Below, piece after piece: positions 27,691 through 35,959 of a stretch of DNA of 64,000 nt. The stretch is taken from assembly GCF_002395745.1 (NCBI RefSeq), contig NZ_DGUN01000027.1, positions 19,958 through 83,957 of the forward strand, written 5' to 3'. The position numbers were made by a program, and so were the translations under genes. Below the pieces are notes generated by a model. That model was not told the origin of the DNA and did no database searches. It saw only the letters and a program-made list of their open reading frames with translations. The number at the start of each line of letters is the position of its first letter. Position 1 is the stretch's first letter. This stretch comes from Fibrobacter sp. UBA4309. Its GTDB lineage: Bacteria > Fibrobacterota > Fibrobacteria > Fibrobacterales > Fibrobacteraceae.

Positions 27691-28887
27691 ATGGAAAAAC
27701 GTACAGGTCTGTTTTCGAATGGAATTATCTGGTTCGGTGTCGCCATCTCGGTTTCCGAAATCGAGGCGGGTATCGAAATCGGCGCTGCGTCGGCGCCAGG
27801 TTCTCTTTGGCTCCCGCTAATCCTCGGGCATGTGCTGGGCGGCATCCTGCTCTTTTTCGTGGGCCTTATCGGTGCCCGCGTGCGCCTGAACGCGATGGAG
27901 ACTACGGCTTCTTCGTTTGGCAAGTACGGCTCCAAGTTCTTTGCCGCCTTGAACGTTTTCCAGTTGCTCGCCTGGGTGGCGGTGCTGAATGCGCAGGGCG
28001 CGTCTGCCTTGGCGGGCCTCAACTTGCCCATTTCTTTCCCGCTCACTTGCGTTATCCTTGCGGTGCTTATTGCCATCTGGGTTTTCGTGGGCCTCAAGCG
28101 TTCTGCGAACGTGACGACGGTCGTGATGGCGGCGCTTGCCATTCTGCTCGCTGTGCTGACGGTTAAGTTGTTCGGTGTCGGTGCATCTGGCGCGCTTACT
28201 GCAGGGGCTGCAACTTCTGCCGCATTGCTCGGCTTCTGGAACATCTTCGAGATTTCGATTGCGATGCCTATCTCCTGGCTCCCTGTGATTTCGGACTACA
28301 CGAAGGACGTTGAATATCCGGTGAAGGCGACTGCGGTTTCTGCGGCGGCCTACACGTTCGCGAGCCTCTGGATGTACATTCTCGGTATCGAGATTGCTGG
28401 CATCGGCGCCGGCAACAACATCGCGCAGGCCATCCTCCTTGCAGGCCTCGGGATTCCGGGCATTATCATCGTGGTGCTCTCTACGGTCACGACGAATTTC
28501 CTTGCGGCAAATTCTGCAGGCGAATCCTCGAAGGCGATTTACGGCAAAATCAACCCGAAGGTTGCTGGCGTCGTCGTAGCCCTTTTGAGTGCGGCGCTTG
28601 CCATTTCGGGAATTATGGAACACTACATCAGTTTCCTGTACTTGATTGCCTCGGTGTTCGCGCCCATGGCTGCCGTACTGCTCGTCTCGTTCTACTTCGG
28701 GAAGGGTGATGCGGATACACGCGGCGGATCTCTCGGATTCTGGCTCTGGAACCTTTTCGCATGGCTTGCAGGTTTCATTGTCTACCAGGTCGCCGCGCAC
28801 CAGGAATCCGTTTTCTTCGGGCCCACGCTCCTTGCCGTTATCGTTTCGGCTGCTCTTGCTTACGCCCGCGTACTTGTGAAGCGGTAG
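27691..28887 (+). CDS. NCS1/CytX-like nucleobase or vitamin permease
   Basis: FSNGIIWFG, SWLPVISDY, about 12 TMs. SD GGAGGTG precedes ATG 27691. Confidence 0.85.
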   Translation: MEKRTGLFSNGIIWFGVAISVSEIEAGIEIGAASAPGSLWLPLILGHVLGGILLFFVGLIGARVRLNAMETTASSFGKYGSKFFAALNVFQLLAWVAVLNAQGASALAGLNLPISFPLTCVILAVLIAIWVFVGLKRSANVTTVVMAALAILLAVLTVKLFGVGASGALTAGAATSAALLGFWNIFEISIAMPISWLPVISDYTKDVEYPVKATAVSAAAYTFASLWMYILGIEIAGIGAGNNIAQAILLAGLGIPGIIIVVLSTVTTNFLAANSAGESSKAIYGKINPKVAGVVVALLSAALAISGIMEHYISFLYLIASVFAPMAAVLLVSFYFGKGDADTRGGSLGFWLWNLFAWLAGFIVYQVAAHQESVFFGPTLLAVIVSAALAYARVLVKR

Positions 28888-28895
28888 ATTCTATC

Positions 28896-28915
28896 CCCCG
28901 GCTCGTAGGCCGGGG
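28896..28915. repeat. Small GC-rich hairpin (terminator- or REP-like)
   Basis: CCCCGGC-TCGTAG-GCCGGGG, with no clear U-tract. Confidence 0.5.
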
Positions 28916-28956
28916 CTAAAGGCTACATCATTTAAATTTCTAAATTATAACTCGCT

Positions 28957-29787
28957 ATGCCACAGAAGAAGATTGCGCTTATCAACGACATTACCGGATT
29001 CGGCCGCTGCTCGGTCGCCGTCATGGCGCCCGTCATTTCGGCCATGAAAATCCAGGCGGTCGCGGTACCTACGGCAATACTTTCTACGCATACGCAGTTC
29101 CCCAAGTATTTCTTTGACGATTATACCTCCAAGATGCGCGACTACATCCAGACGTACAAGGATCTGGATATGAGCTTCGACGCCATCGCGACGGGGTTCC
29201 TCGGCTCCGAGGAACAGGTGGATATCGTCATCGACTTCATCAGGACTTTCAAGAAAAATGGCGTGTTCACGCTGGTCGACCCGGTGATGGGCGACTACGG
29301 CCGGCTTTATACCACCTATACGCCGGAACTTTGCGAAAAGATGCGCGCGCTCGTGCATTACGCTGACCTCTTGACGCCGAACCTCACCGAACTCTGCTCG
29401 CTCACAGGTTGCGACTACCGCGACGGGAACCTCACCCTCTCCGAAATCGAGAACATGTGCAAGACGCTTGCCGAACAGGGGCCCAAGCACATTGTGGTTA
29501 CGGGAATCCATTACAGCAGCAAGCAGATTATGAACTACGTGTACAGCAAGGGCGAAGAGGCTAAAATCGTGATGGCCGACCGTATCGGCGGCGACCGCAG
29601 CGGAACGGGCGACGTGATAAGCGCGGTAATCGCCGGCATGTACCTGAACGGCCACGACTTCTACGAGTCGGTAAAGAAGGCCGCCGAATTCGCATCCAAG
29701 TGCATCCGCTACTGCGAAGACAACAACGTTCCCGATCACTGGGGCCTGAGCGTCGAAATGTACCTTCGCGACCTCATCGAAGACTAA
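28957..29787 (+). CDS. pdxK: Pyridoxal/pyridoxine kinase (PfkB family)
   Basis: NDITGFGRCS, LSTHT, ATGFLGS, VDPVMGD, LTPNLTE, GTGD. Confidence 0.85.
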   Translation: MPQKKIALINDITGFGRCSVAVMAPVISAMKIQAVAVPTAILSTHTQFPKYFFDDYTSKMRDYIQTYKDLDMSFDAIATGFLGSEEQVDIVIDFIRTFKKNGVFTLVDPVMGDYGRLYTTYTPELCEKMRALVHYADLLTPNLTELCSLTGCDYRDGNLTLSEIENMCKTLAEQGPKHIVVTGIHYSSKQIMNYVYSKGEEAKIVMADRIGGDRSGTGDVISAVIAGMYLNGHDFYESVKKAAEFASKCIRYCEDNNVPDHWGLSVEMYLRDLIED

Positions 29788-29796
29788 GGGGGCCTA

Positions 29797-30456
29797 ATGA
29801 TAGTTTATACTGTAACTGGGACCGTCGGGCAGGCGGGCTATTTGGATATCGCCAACAGTGGCGACATTACCGGCAAGAACATCTACGTGAACATGACGAA
29901 CCGTTGCCCGTGCAGCTGCGTGTTCTGCCTGCGTCAAACGAAGAAGATGATGGAAGGCAATACGCTCTGGCTCAAGGAAGGTGAACCGAGCGTTGAACGC
30001 GTGATGGAAATTTTCGATGCGTACGACCTTAACGTTATCAACGAACTGATTTTCTGCGGATACGGTGAACCGCTCGAACGCCTTTACGATGTTTGCAAGG
30101 TGATTGACAAACTCAAGGCGAAGTATCCGAACTTGAAGGTGCGCCTCAACACGAACGGCCTTGCGAACTTGATTCACGGCAAGGACATCACGCCCGAACT
30201 CGAGGGGCGCTTCGACACCGTCTCGATTTCGCTGAACGCCCCGGATGCCGAGGAATTCCTGGCGCTCACGCGTTCCAAGTTCGGCATCAAGTCTTATGAC
30301 GCCCTCAAGGAATTCGCCGTGCTCGCGAAGGCCCACGTGAAGAACGTGGTCATGACGGTTGTCGAGAAGGTGATGCCCGAAGAAAAAATCGAAATCTGTC
30401 GCAAGCTGTGCGAAGAACTCGGAGTCACGCTCCGTGTAAGGCCGTTTGAAAGTTAA
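29797..30456 (+). CDS. Radical SAM protein, TatD-associated type
   Basis: YVNMTNRCPCSCVFCLR (CxxxCxxC), LWLKEGEP, FCGYGEP, RLNTNG, SISLNA. Confidence 0.85.
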   Translation: MIVYTVTGTVGQAGYLDIANSGDITGKNIYVNMTNRCPCSCVFCLRQTKKMMEGNTLWLKEGEPSVERVMEIFDAYDLNVINELIFCGYGEPLERLYDVCKVIDKLKAKYPNLKVRLNTNGLANLIHGKDITPELEGRFDTVSISLNAPDAEEFLALTRSKFGIKSYDALKEFAVLAKAHVKNVVMTVVEKVMPEEKIEICRKLCEELGVTLRVRPFES

Positions 30457-30469
30457 GGTGGTCGGAAAG

Positions 30470-31129
30470 ATGTTGCGTCGGTTTGTCGTTCTCGCCTTGA
30501 TGGTCGCGCTTGCCTCTTCCGGCGCGTTCGCCGCGAAAGCCAAGTCCGGCGCAAAATCTAAAGCTGCAAAAACTAAACCGGCAAAATCCAAGAGCTTTGA
30601 GTTCAAGGATTCACGCGATGGGCAAAAGTACCGTCTCGTAAAAATTGCGGACAGGGAATGGTTCGGCGACAATCTGAATTTCAAGTCCGAAGGCGGCTAC
30701 TGCCTGGACGACGATGACAACAACTGCATGGCCTACGGCCGCCTGTATACATGGGATGCAGCGCAGAAGGCTTGCCCTGCGGGCTTCCGCCTGCCTGCCC
30801 AGGCCGATTTCGAGAGCCTTTGGACCGCTGCCGGTGCCGACTTTAACGCAGGCTACCTGATCAAGGCGGATTACGGCTGGAAGGGCGAGACGAACGGGAA
30901 CGATTCGCTCAAGTTCTCCGCGATGCCTGCGGGCAACCGCTTTGACGATGCGACTTACGGCAACCTCGCCAAGTTCGCTTTTTTCTGGAGTGCAGACGAT
31001 TCCCTGGAAGGAATTGAACCGGGCAATGCCCGTGTATGGTACCTGACGAACAAGTCGATGGCTTTCGGCTATACCTCGAAGGCGAAAAAATTCGGATTCT
31101 CGGTGCGTTGCGTGCGGAACGCCAAGTAA
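30470..31129 (+). CDS. FISUMP (Fibrobacter major paralogous) domain protein
   Basis: DSRDGQKYRLVKI, WFGDNLN, YGRLYTW, CPAGFRLP, FSVRCVR. Confidence 0.92.
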   Translation: MLRRFVVLALMVALASSGAFAAKAKSGAKSKAAKTKPAKSKSFEFKDSRDGQKYRLVKIADREWFGDNLNFKSEGGYCLDDDDNNCMAYGRLYTWDAAQKACPAGFRLPAQADFESLWTAAGADFNAGYLIKADYGWKGETNGNDSLKFSAMPAGNRFDDATYGNLAKFAFFWSADDSLEGIEPGNARVWYLTNKSMAFGYTSKAKKFGFSVRCVRNAK

Positions 31130-31190
31130 TGCGGCTTCTCCGGTTCGCCGGCTTTTGCTAAATTAAAACGGAAGGTCCCTTTTTCCCGAG

Positions 31191-31544
31191 GTGATTATGA
31201 ATCTTGATGAAGAACGTATCCGTGAACTCCAGCGCAAGGACAAGGAACACGATGCCCGCCTGGATATGCAGAAGGAAAAGGACTACGAACACGATGTCCG
31301 CATAGACGCCCTTTATTCCAAGGGCCGTGAACAGGATTTCAAGATCAAGGCGCAGGCCGCCAAGGATGCGGAACACGACTTCCGCTTGAATTCCGTGGAC
31401 TCCGTAAACGAACTGCAGGACGACGAACTGCACCGCCAGTCCGAAAAGGACCGTGAACATGACGCTCGCCTTGCGAAGCTGGAACAGCTATGTGCCGACC
31501 TGGCTGCCCGCGTAGAAGCCCTGGAATCTCAATTGAAGAAGTAG
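31191..31544 (+). CDS. Small coiled-coil protein with six 14-aa repeats
   Basis: Periodic KDxEHDxR[LI] units. Start is GTG 31191 or ATG 31197. Confidence 0.7.
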   Translation: MIMNLDEERIRELQRKDKEHDARLDMQKEKDYEHDVRIDALYSKGREQDFKIKAQAAKDAEHDFRLNSVDSVNELQDDELHRQSEKDREHDARLAKLEQLCADLAARVEALESQLKK

Positions 31545-31549
31545 GCGCG

Positions 31550-33526
31550 ATGTCGCAGGCTATTCGCAACATAGCGATTCTCGCACACGTTGATGCCGGA
31601 AAGACGACTCTTTCCGAACGCATATTGTTTGCGGCAGGCGAAGTGCGTAGGCCGGGCAAGGTTGAAGAAGGCCTTGCCACCATGGACTACATGCCCGAAG
31701 AAAAGGAACGCGGCATTACGATCGAAAGTGGTGTTGCCCATTTTGAATGGAAGGACACGTGGTTCAATTTTATCGATACGCCGGGGCATGTGGACTTTGG
31801 TGCCGAGGTGGATATGGCGCTCACGGCCGTGGAAGGAGCCGTTCTCGTGGTGAGTGCCGCGAGTGGCGTGGAAACCCAGACGGTCGCCGCGTTCCGCAAG
31901 TTGCGCGAAGCGGGAGTTCCTACGATCCTGTTCGTGAACAAGCTTGACAATCCAGATTACGTTCTCGACGATACGCTCATCAATATCGAGGAACAGCTCG
32001 GCGTGCGCCCGGTGCTCATGACGCTCCCGCAGTTCGAGGGCGGCAAGATGTCGGCGGTGCTCGACGTATTGAGCCAGAGCCGTCTTGTCCATTCCGAATC
32101 GGGCGAGGAAACCGTTGACGAAGACTGGAATGTTGAAGACGGTTGGGACGGTTCCCGTGAACTCAAGAAGCACTATGCCGAGGCGTGCGAATTTGCCAGC
32201 AACTTTGACGACGAAATCTTGAAAAACGCGATGGACGGAAAACCGGTCGCGCCCAAGATTCTGCTGCGCGGATTAAGGAAGCTCGTGAAGAGCGACGAGT
32301 ACGCGCTTTGCTATGCGGGTTCCGCGCTCGAAGGGTTCGGCGTGCGCAGCCTCATCACCGCGCTTTCGTTCTTCTTGCCCGAGGTTCCCAGGTTCGGCAT
32401 CAACGAGCTTGGCCAGGTGATTCGCTTGCGGCACTTCAAGGGCGTTGGCGAGATTTCCCTTTTCCGCAGCCATACCGACATGGAACGCAAGGAATGGCCC
32501 GCGGGTTTCGAGTTCTCGCGACTCAAGGCAAACCTGCTTTTGCCGGTAGACGAGATTCGCGCTGGTGATATTTACGCGATGCGCACTCCGTTCGAGACAG
32601 AACTTGGACAGATTATTTATTTAGATGGACGGTGTCATCCTGAGCGAAGCGTAGCGGAGTCGAAGGATCCAGACCCGCTGCACCCTGACACCTCCATCCG
32701 AGACAACTACCATCCTCTTCTCCAGACGCGTGTGGAATGCCTTGGTTCCGACGACTACCACCATGTCGAAAAGAGCCTCGCGACGCTTAGCCGTATGGAC
32801 CCGAGTTTCCGCGTGCAGAAGGACGATGGCGGTTTCTGGTACTTGCATACCGTGGGCGAGGTTCAGCTAGAAGTCCTGCTTGCCCGCTTAAAGCGCGAAT
32901 TCGGTTGCGAAGTGAAGGCCGGCAGTCCGGAAGTGCGCTGGCAGGAACGCCTCTGCCGCAATGTGGGCCCGGTCGAAAATACATTCCAGCTCGGGCCGCA
33001 CAAGATTTCGATAAAGCTTTCGGCGATGCCGCTCGAAGGTGACGCGCATGACATCCGCTTGTCCGCGGAATTTCTGGAAACCGCTCCCCGCGAGATTCTG
33101 GCAGGCGTGCGTTCGGCTCTCCTGGAATCAACCGAAGTGGGAATTTTGGGTAAGGGCCCGCTTGTGGGTGTGTGCTTTGAAGTCCGCGAGTTCACATGGA
33201 CCGAAGGCGCTCTGCCGCCGATGATCAAGAAGGCGTGCGCCGATGCCGTGACCAAGCTGATTAAGCCCGCCGATGTACAACTCTACGAGCCCATCATGGA
33301 ACTTTCTCTGGAATGTCCGGTGAATTTTGCAGGGCTCGTGACTGGCGACATTCAGGCCCGCGACGGCAAGGTGAAGGAAATTGGCGGTGACGGCAAGACG
33401 CACTTTTTGAAGGCAGACATCCCGCTCCGCAAAATTTTTGGTTACGCCACAGGCGTGCGTAGCATCAGCAAAGGCACTGCGCTTTATAGTATGAAGCTGC
33501 TCGGCTACCGCCACGCGACAGTTTGA
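31550..33526 (+). CDS. Divergent EF-G-like translational GTPase (EF-G II / RPP-like paralog)
   Basis: AHVDAGKTT, EKERGITI, DTPGH, NKLD, domain III DPSF, domain V YEPIM...GY. Domains II and IV are reduced. Confidence 0.85.
   Translation: MSQAIRNIAILAHVDAGKTTLSERILFAAGEVRRPGKVEEGLATMDYMPEEKERGITIESGVAHFEWKDTWFNFIDTPGHVDFGAEVDMALTAVEGAVLVVSAASGVETQTVAAFRKLREAGVPTILFVNKLDNPDYVLDDTLINIEEQLGVRPVLMTLPQFEGGKMSAVLDVLSQSRLVHSESGEETVDEDWNVEDGWDGSRELKKHYAEACEFASNFDDEILKNAMDGKPVAPKILLRGLRKLVKSDEYALCYAGSALEGFGVRSLITALSFFLPEVPRFGINELGQVIRLRHFKGVGEISLFRSHTDMERKEWPAGFEFSRLKANLLLPVDEIRAGDIYAMRTPFETELGQIIYLDGRCHPERSVAESKDPDPLHPDTSIRDNYHPLLQTRVECLGSDDYHHVEKSLATLSRMDPSFRVQKDDGGFWYLHTVGEVQLEVLLARLKREFGCEVKAGSPEVRWQERLCRNVGPVENTFQLGPHKISIKLSAMPLEGDAHDIRLSAEFLETAPREILAGVRSALLESTEVGILGKGPLVGVCFEVREFTWTEGALPPMIKKACADAVTKLIKPADVQLYEPIMELSLECPVNFAGLVTGDIQARDGKVKEIGGDGKTHFLKADIPLRKIFGYATGVRSISKGTALYSMKLLGYRHATV
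32634..32670 (+). repeat. REP-like hairpin element in frame within the GTPase gene
   Basis: GTCATCCTGAGCGAAGCGTAGCGGAGTCGAAGGATCC, read in frame as CHPERSVAESKDP. Confidence 0.8.
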
Positions 33527-33540
33527 TATATATTTAAACC

Positions 33541-34188
33541 ATGAACGGAAAAATCCCTAATCCAAATACAGTCCACCCGATTGCAGGCTACGACAAGGAA
33601 ATCTACGTCAAGCCGACTATCAAGAATCCGAACATCATCGTCGGGGATTTTACCTACATCGCTGACTCGGAATTCGAAAGCCATGTGACGCACCATTACG
33701 ACTTTATCGGCGACAAGCTCATCATCGGGAAGTTCTGCCAAATTGCAGCTGGCGTGGAATTTGTGATGAATGGCGCGAACCACCAGATGAATGCCGTTTC
33801 GACTTTCCCGTTCTATACGCTTGAAGGCTGGGACATGAAGCCACCTGCTGCAAGCGATATGCCGTTCAAGGGCGATACCGTTATCGGGAACGATGTGTGG
33901 ATTGGGCAGAATGCGACAATCTTGTCTGGCGTGCATATTGGTGACGGCGCGATTATCGGCGCGAACAGCGTTGTCGCTAGCGACGTGGAACCTTATTCGA
34001 TTGTCGTCGGGAACCCGGTCAAGTTGATCCGCTACCGCTTTGACGAGGAACTGACTTCGCTGCTGCTGAAGTTTAAGTGGTGGGACAAGCCCGTCGAAGA
34101 AATTAACGCGCTAATTCCCGTGCTCACGAATAGCGATTTGGAATTCGTAAAAAACAAAATTCGAGAATTAACAGAAAAGGTGGTTTAA
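33541..34188 (+). CDS. Vat/CatB-family xenobiotic acetyltransferase (hexapeptide repeat)
   Basis: [61 protein letters not shown]. Confidence 0.9.
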   Translation: MNGKIPNPNTVHPIAGYDKEIYVKPTIKNPNIIVGDFTYIADSEFESHVTHHYDFIGDKLIIGKFCQIAAGVEFVMNGANHQMNAVSTFPFYTLEGWDMKPPAASDMPFKGDTVIGNDVWIGQNATILSGVHIGDGAIIGANSVVASDVEPYSIVVGNPVKLIRYRFDEELTSLLLKFKWWDKPVEEINALIPVLTNSDLEFVKNKIRELTEKVV

Positions 34189-34199
34189 AACCACCTTTT
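34175..34199. terminator. Bidirectional terminator between convergent genes
   Basis: AAAAGGTGGTTT-A-AAACCACCTTTT, overlapping the vat-like stop codon. Confidence 0.75.
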
Positions 34200-34220
34200 T
34201 AATTTGCAATCTTTGGCGCG

Positions 34221-35111
34221 TTACATTCTTGCGGCGCGGGCTCTTCGCCTAAAGTGCTCGATAAGCGGAGCGACCGTTTCCTTGAAGTCGTCGTGCGTCT
34301 CGATGCGTACGAAGTCGATGGACATGCGCTGGAACAGCTCCTTGGTCGCCTTGCCCTGACGCTTTGCCTCGCGGGCGAACGCTTCGCGGAAGGCCGCATC
34401 GCCTGTATCGATCAGGAGCGTCTCGCCGGTTTCGGGGTCTTCAAGTTCCACGAGGCCTGCGGGCGGGAGTTCCATTTCTCGCGGGTCCACCACGGAGACC
34501 GCAAGCACGTCGTGGCGCTTGCGGAGAATCTTGAAGGCGTTTTCGAAACCTTCGTCCAAGAAGTCGCTCATCACCACGACGACGGCACGACGATTCAGAA
34601 TCTTGCCGGCGTACTCGAGCGCCACCTGCGTGTTCGTGCCGTGGTGCTGCGGCTTGAAGTAAAGGATTTCGCGGATAAGCCGCAGCACGTGCTTGCGGCC
34701 TTTTTCGGGCGGTATGAACAGCTCGACCTGGTCGGTGTAGATGAGCAGGCCCACCTTGTCGTTGTTCTTGATGGCGGCGAAGGCGAGCAGCGCGGTAAGC
34801 GTCGCCATGACCTCTCCCTTCATCTGCTTGCCGGAACCGAATTCCGAACTGCTGGACGCGTCGACCATCAAGAGCATGGTCATCTCGCGTTCTTCGATAA
34901 ACTTCTTCACATACGGCGTGCCCGTTCGTGCGGTCACGTTCCAGTCGATGGTACGCACGTCGTCGCCCGGCATGTACTCGCGGACTTCGCTGAATTCCAT
35001 ACCGTTCCCCTTGAAGGAACTGTGGTAGGCGCCGGTCATCACGGTATCGAGCGTGCCGCGAACGCTGAGTTCGATGCGGCTGACGGTCTTTAGAACTTCT
35101 TTATCAAGCAT
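34221..35111 (-). CDS. DUF58 protein (MoxR/RavA-associated, vWA-like)
   Basis: GNGMEFSEVREYMPGDDVRTIDWNVTAR, VDASSS, DKVGL, SDF. ATG 35111 preferred. Confidence 0.93.
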   Translation of the reverse strand: MLDKEVLKTVSRIELSVRGTLDTVMTGAYHSSFKGNGMEFSEVREYMPGDDVRTIDWNVTARTGTPYVKKFIEEREMTMLLMVDASSSSEFGSGKQMKGEVMATLTALLAFAAIKNNDKVGLLIYTDQVELFIPPEKGRKHVLRLIREILYFKPQHHGTNTQVALEYAGKILNRRAVVVVMSDFLDEGFENAFKILRKRHDVLAVSVVDPREMELPPAGLVELEDPETGETLLIDTGDAAFREAFAREAKRQGKATKELFQRMSIDFVRIETHDDFKETVAPLIEHFRRRARAARM

Positions 35112-35227
35112 CTTGGTATCTCTTTTCACCGAGAATATACAAAATTCGCGATGGAAAATCCAAGAGAATGCTAGATGGCGGCTCATGGGCCGCCATGACG
35201 ATTGTCCTTGTGGGCCGCCATGACGAT

Positions 35228-35257
35228 AAAAAAAGAACTCCCGGCGTAAACCGGGAG
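35228..35257 (-). terminator. Intrinsic terminator of the hsp20 gene
   Basis: CTCCCGG/CCGGGAG stem with a T-tract on the minus strand. Confidence 0.7.
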
Positions 35258-35303
35258 CCCTCTAAGGAGAACGATGATTGGAGTAACACTTAAGTCTTGC
35301 GGG

Positions 35304-35684
35304 TTAGCCGATGGTCAGCTTGCGTGCTGCGGCCTGGGCCTTCTTCGACAAGTCGAATTTCAAGATGCCGTTTTCAAGCGATACCTTGATGTTCTCGGTG
35401 TCGATGTCGTCGGCCAGGCGGAAGCTGCGCTCGAAGGTGAACTTTTCGTCTTTGCTGCGGACACGCGTCGCCTTGACGGTGATGATGTTCTTTTCGACCT
35501 GGATGTTCATGTCTTCTTTCTTCACGCCCGGGAGTTCGACTTCAAGTGCAAAACCGTTTTCGGTCTCGTAGTAGTCGGCCTTCGGCGTGTAGGTGCATTC
35601 GCCCTTGGCGGCTTCGGCGTTCAAGTTGTCAAGGAAGTTCTGGATACCATAGAATGCAGTCGGGAGAATCTGTGCGTTGATCAT
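35304..35684 (-). CDS. Small heat-shock protein (Hsp20/alpha-crystallin)
   Basis: ADYYE...VELPGVKKEDMNI...FERSFRL...ENGIL. SD GAGGT precedes ATG 35684. Confidence 0.92.
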   Translation of the reverse strand: MINAQILPTAFYGIQNFLDNLNAEAAKGECTYTPKADYYETENGFALEVELPGVKKEDMNIQVEKNIITVKATRVRSKDEKFTFERSFRLADDIDTENIKVSLENGILKFDLSKKAQAAARKLTIG

Positions 35685-35753
35685 AATTTTACCTCTTTTG
35701 GTTGCGGGTTCGGCCTTCGCCGCCGCCCATTGTTTCTTGTTCACTCCCCTATA

Positions 35754-35770
35754 AGCGAACGCCGTGCCAA
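35754..35770 (-). promoter_or_regulatory. Putative sigma-54 (-24/-12) promoter of hsp20
   Basis: Minus strand reads TTGGCACGGCGTTCGCT, with exact GG-N10-GC spacing. Confidence 0.65.
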
Positions 35771-35959
35771 ATGGCAAGAAAACGGTTTTTTTTGCGAAAA
35801 AAGCCGTTTTTTGATAAAAAAAGCCGAAAGTATTTCAAAAAGGAACGGACGCTGTTTCGCAGGGGAAACAACGGCGTTTTCAATCTGAAAAGCGGGGACA
35901 AATGGAAACGGCCCCTGTGGGGACAGGGACCGTTCTTGGGTTGGTTATGGAGGAATTCT

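Noticed and set aside
31550-33526. Bona fide TetM/TetO/TetQ resistance gene
   Set aside because: Only the G1 motif is Tet-like. The rest is too divergent and there is no mobile context, so it is kept as an EF-G paralog.
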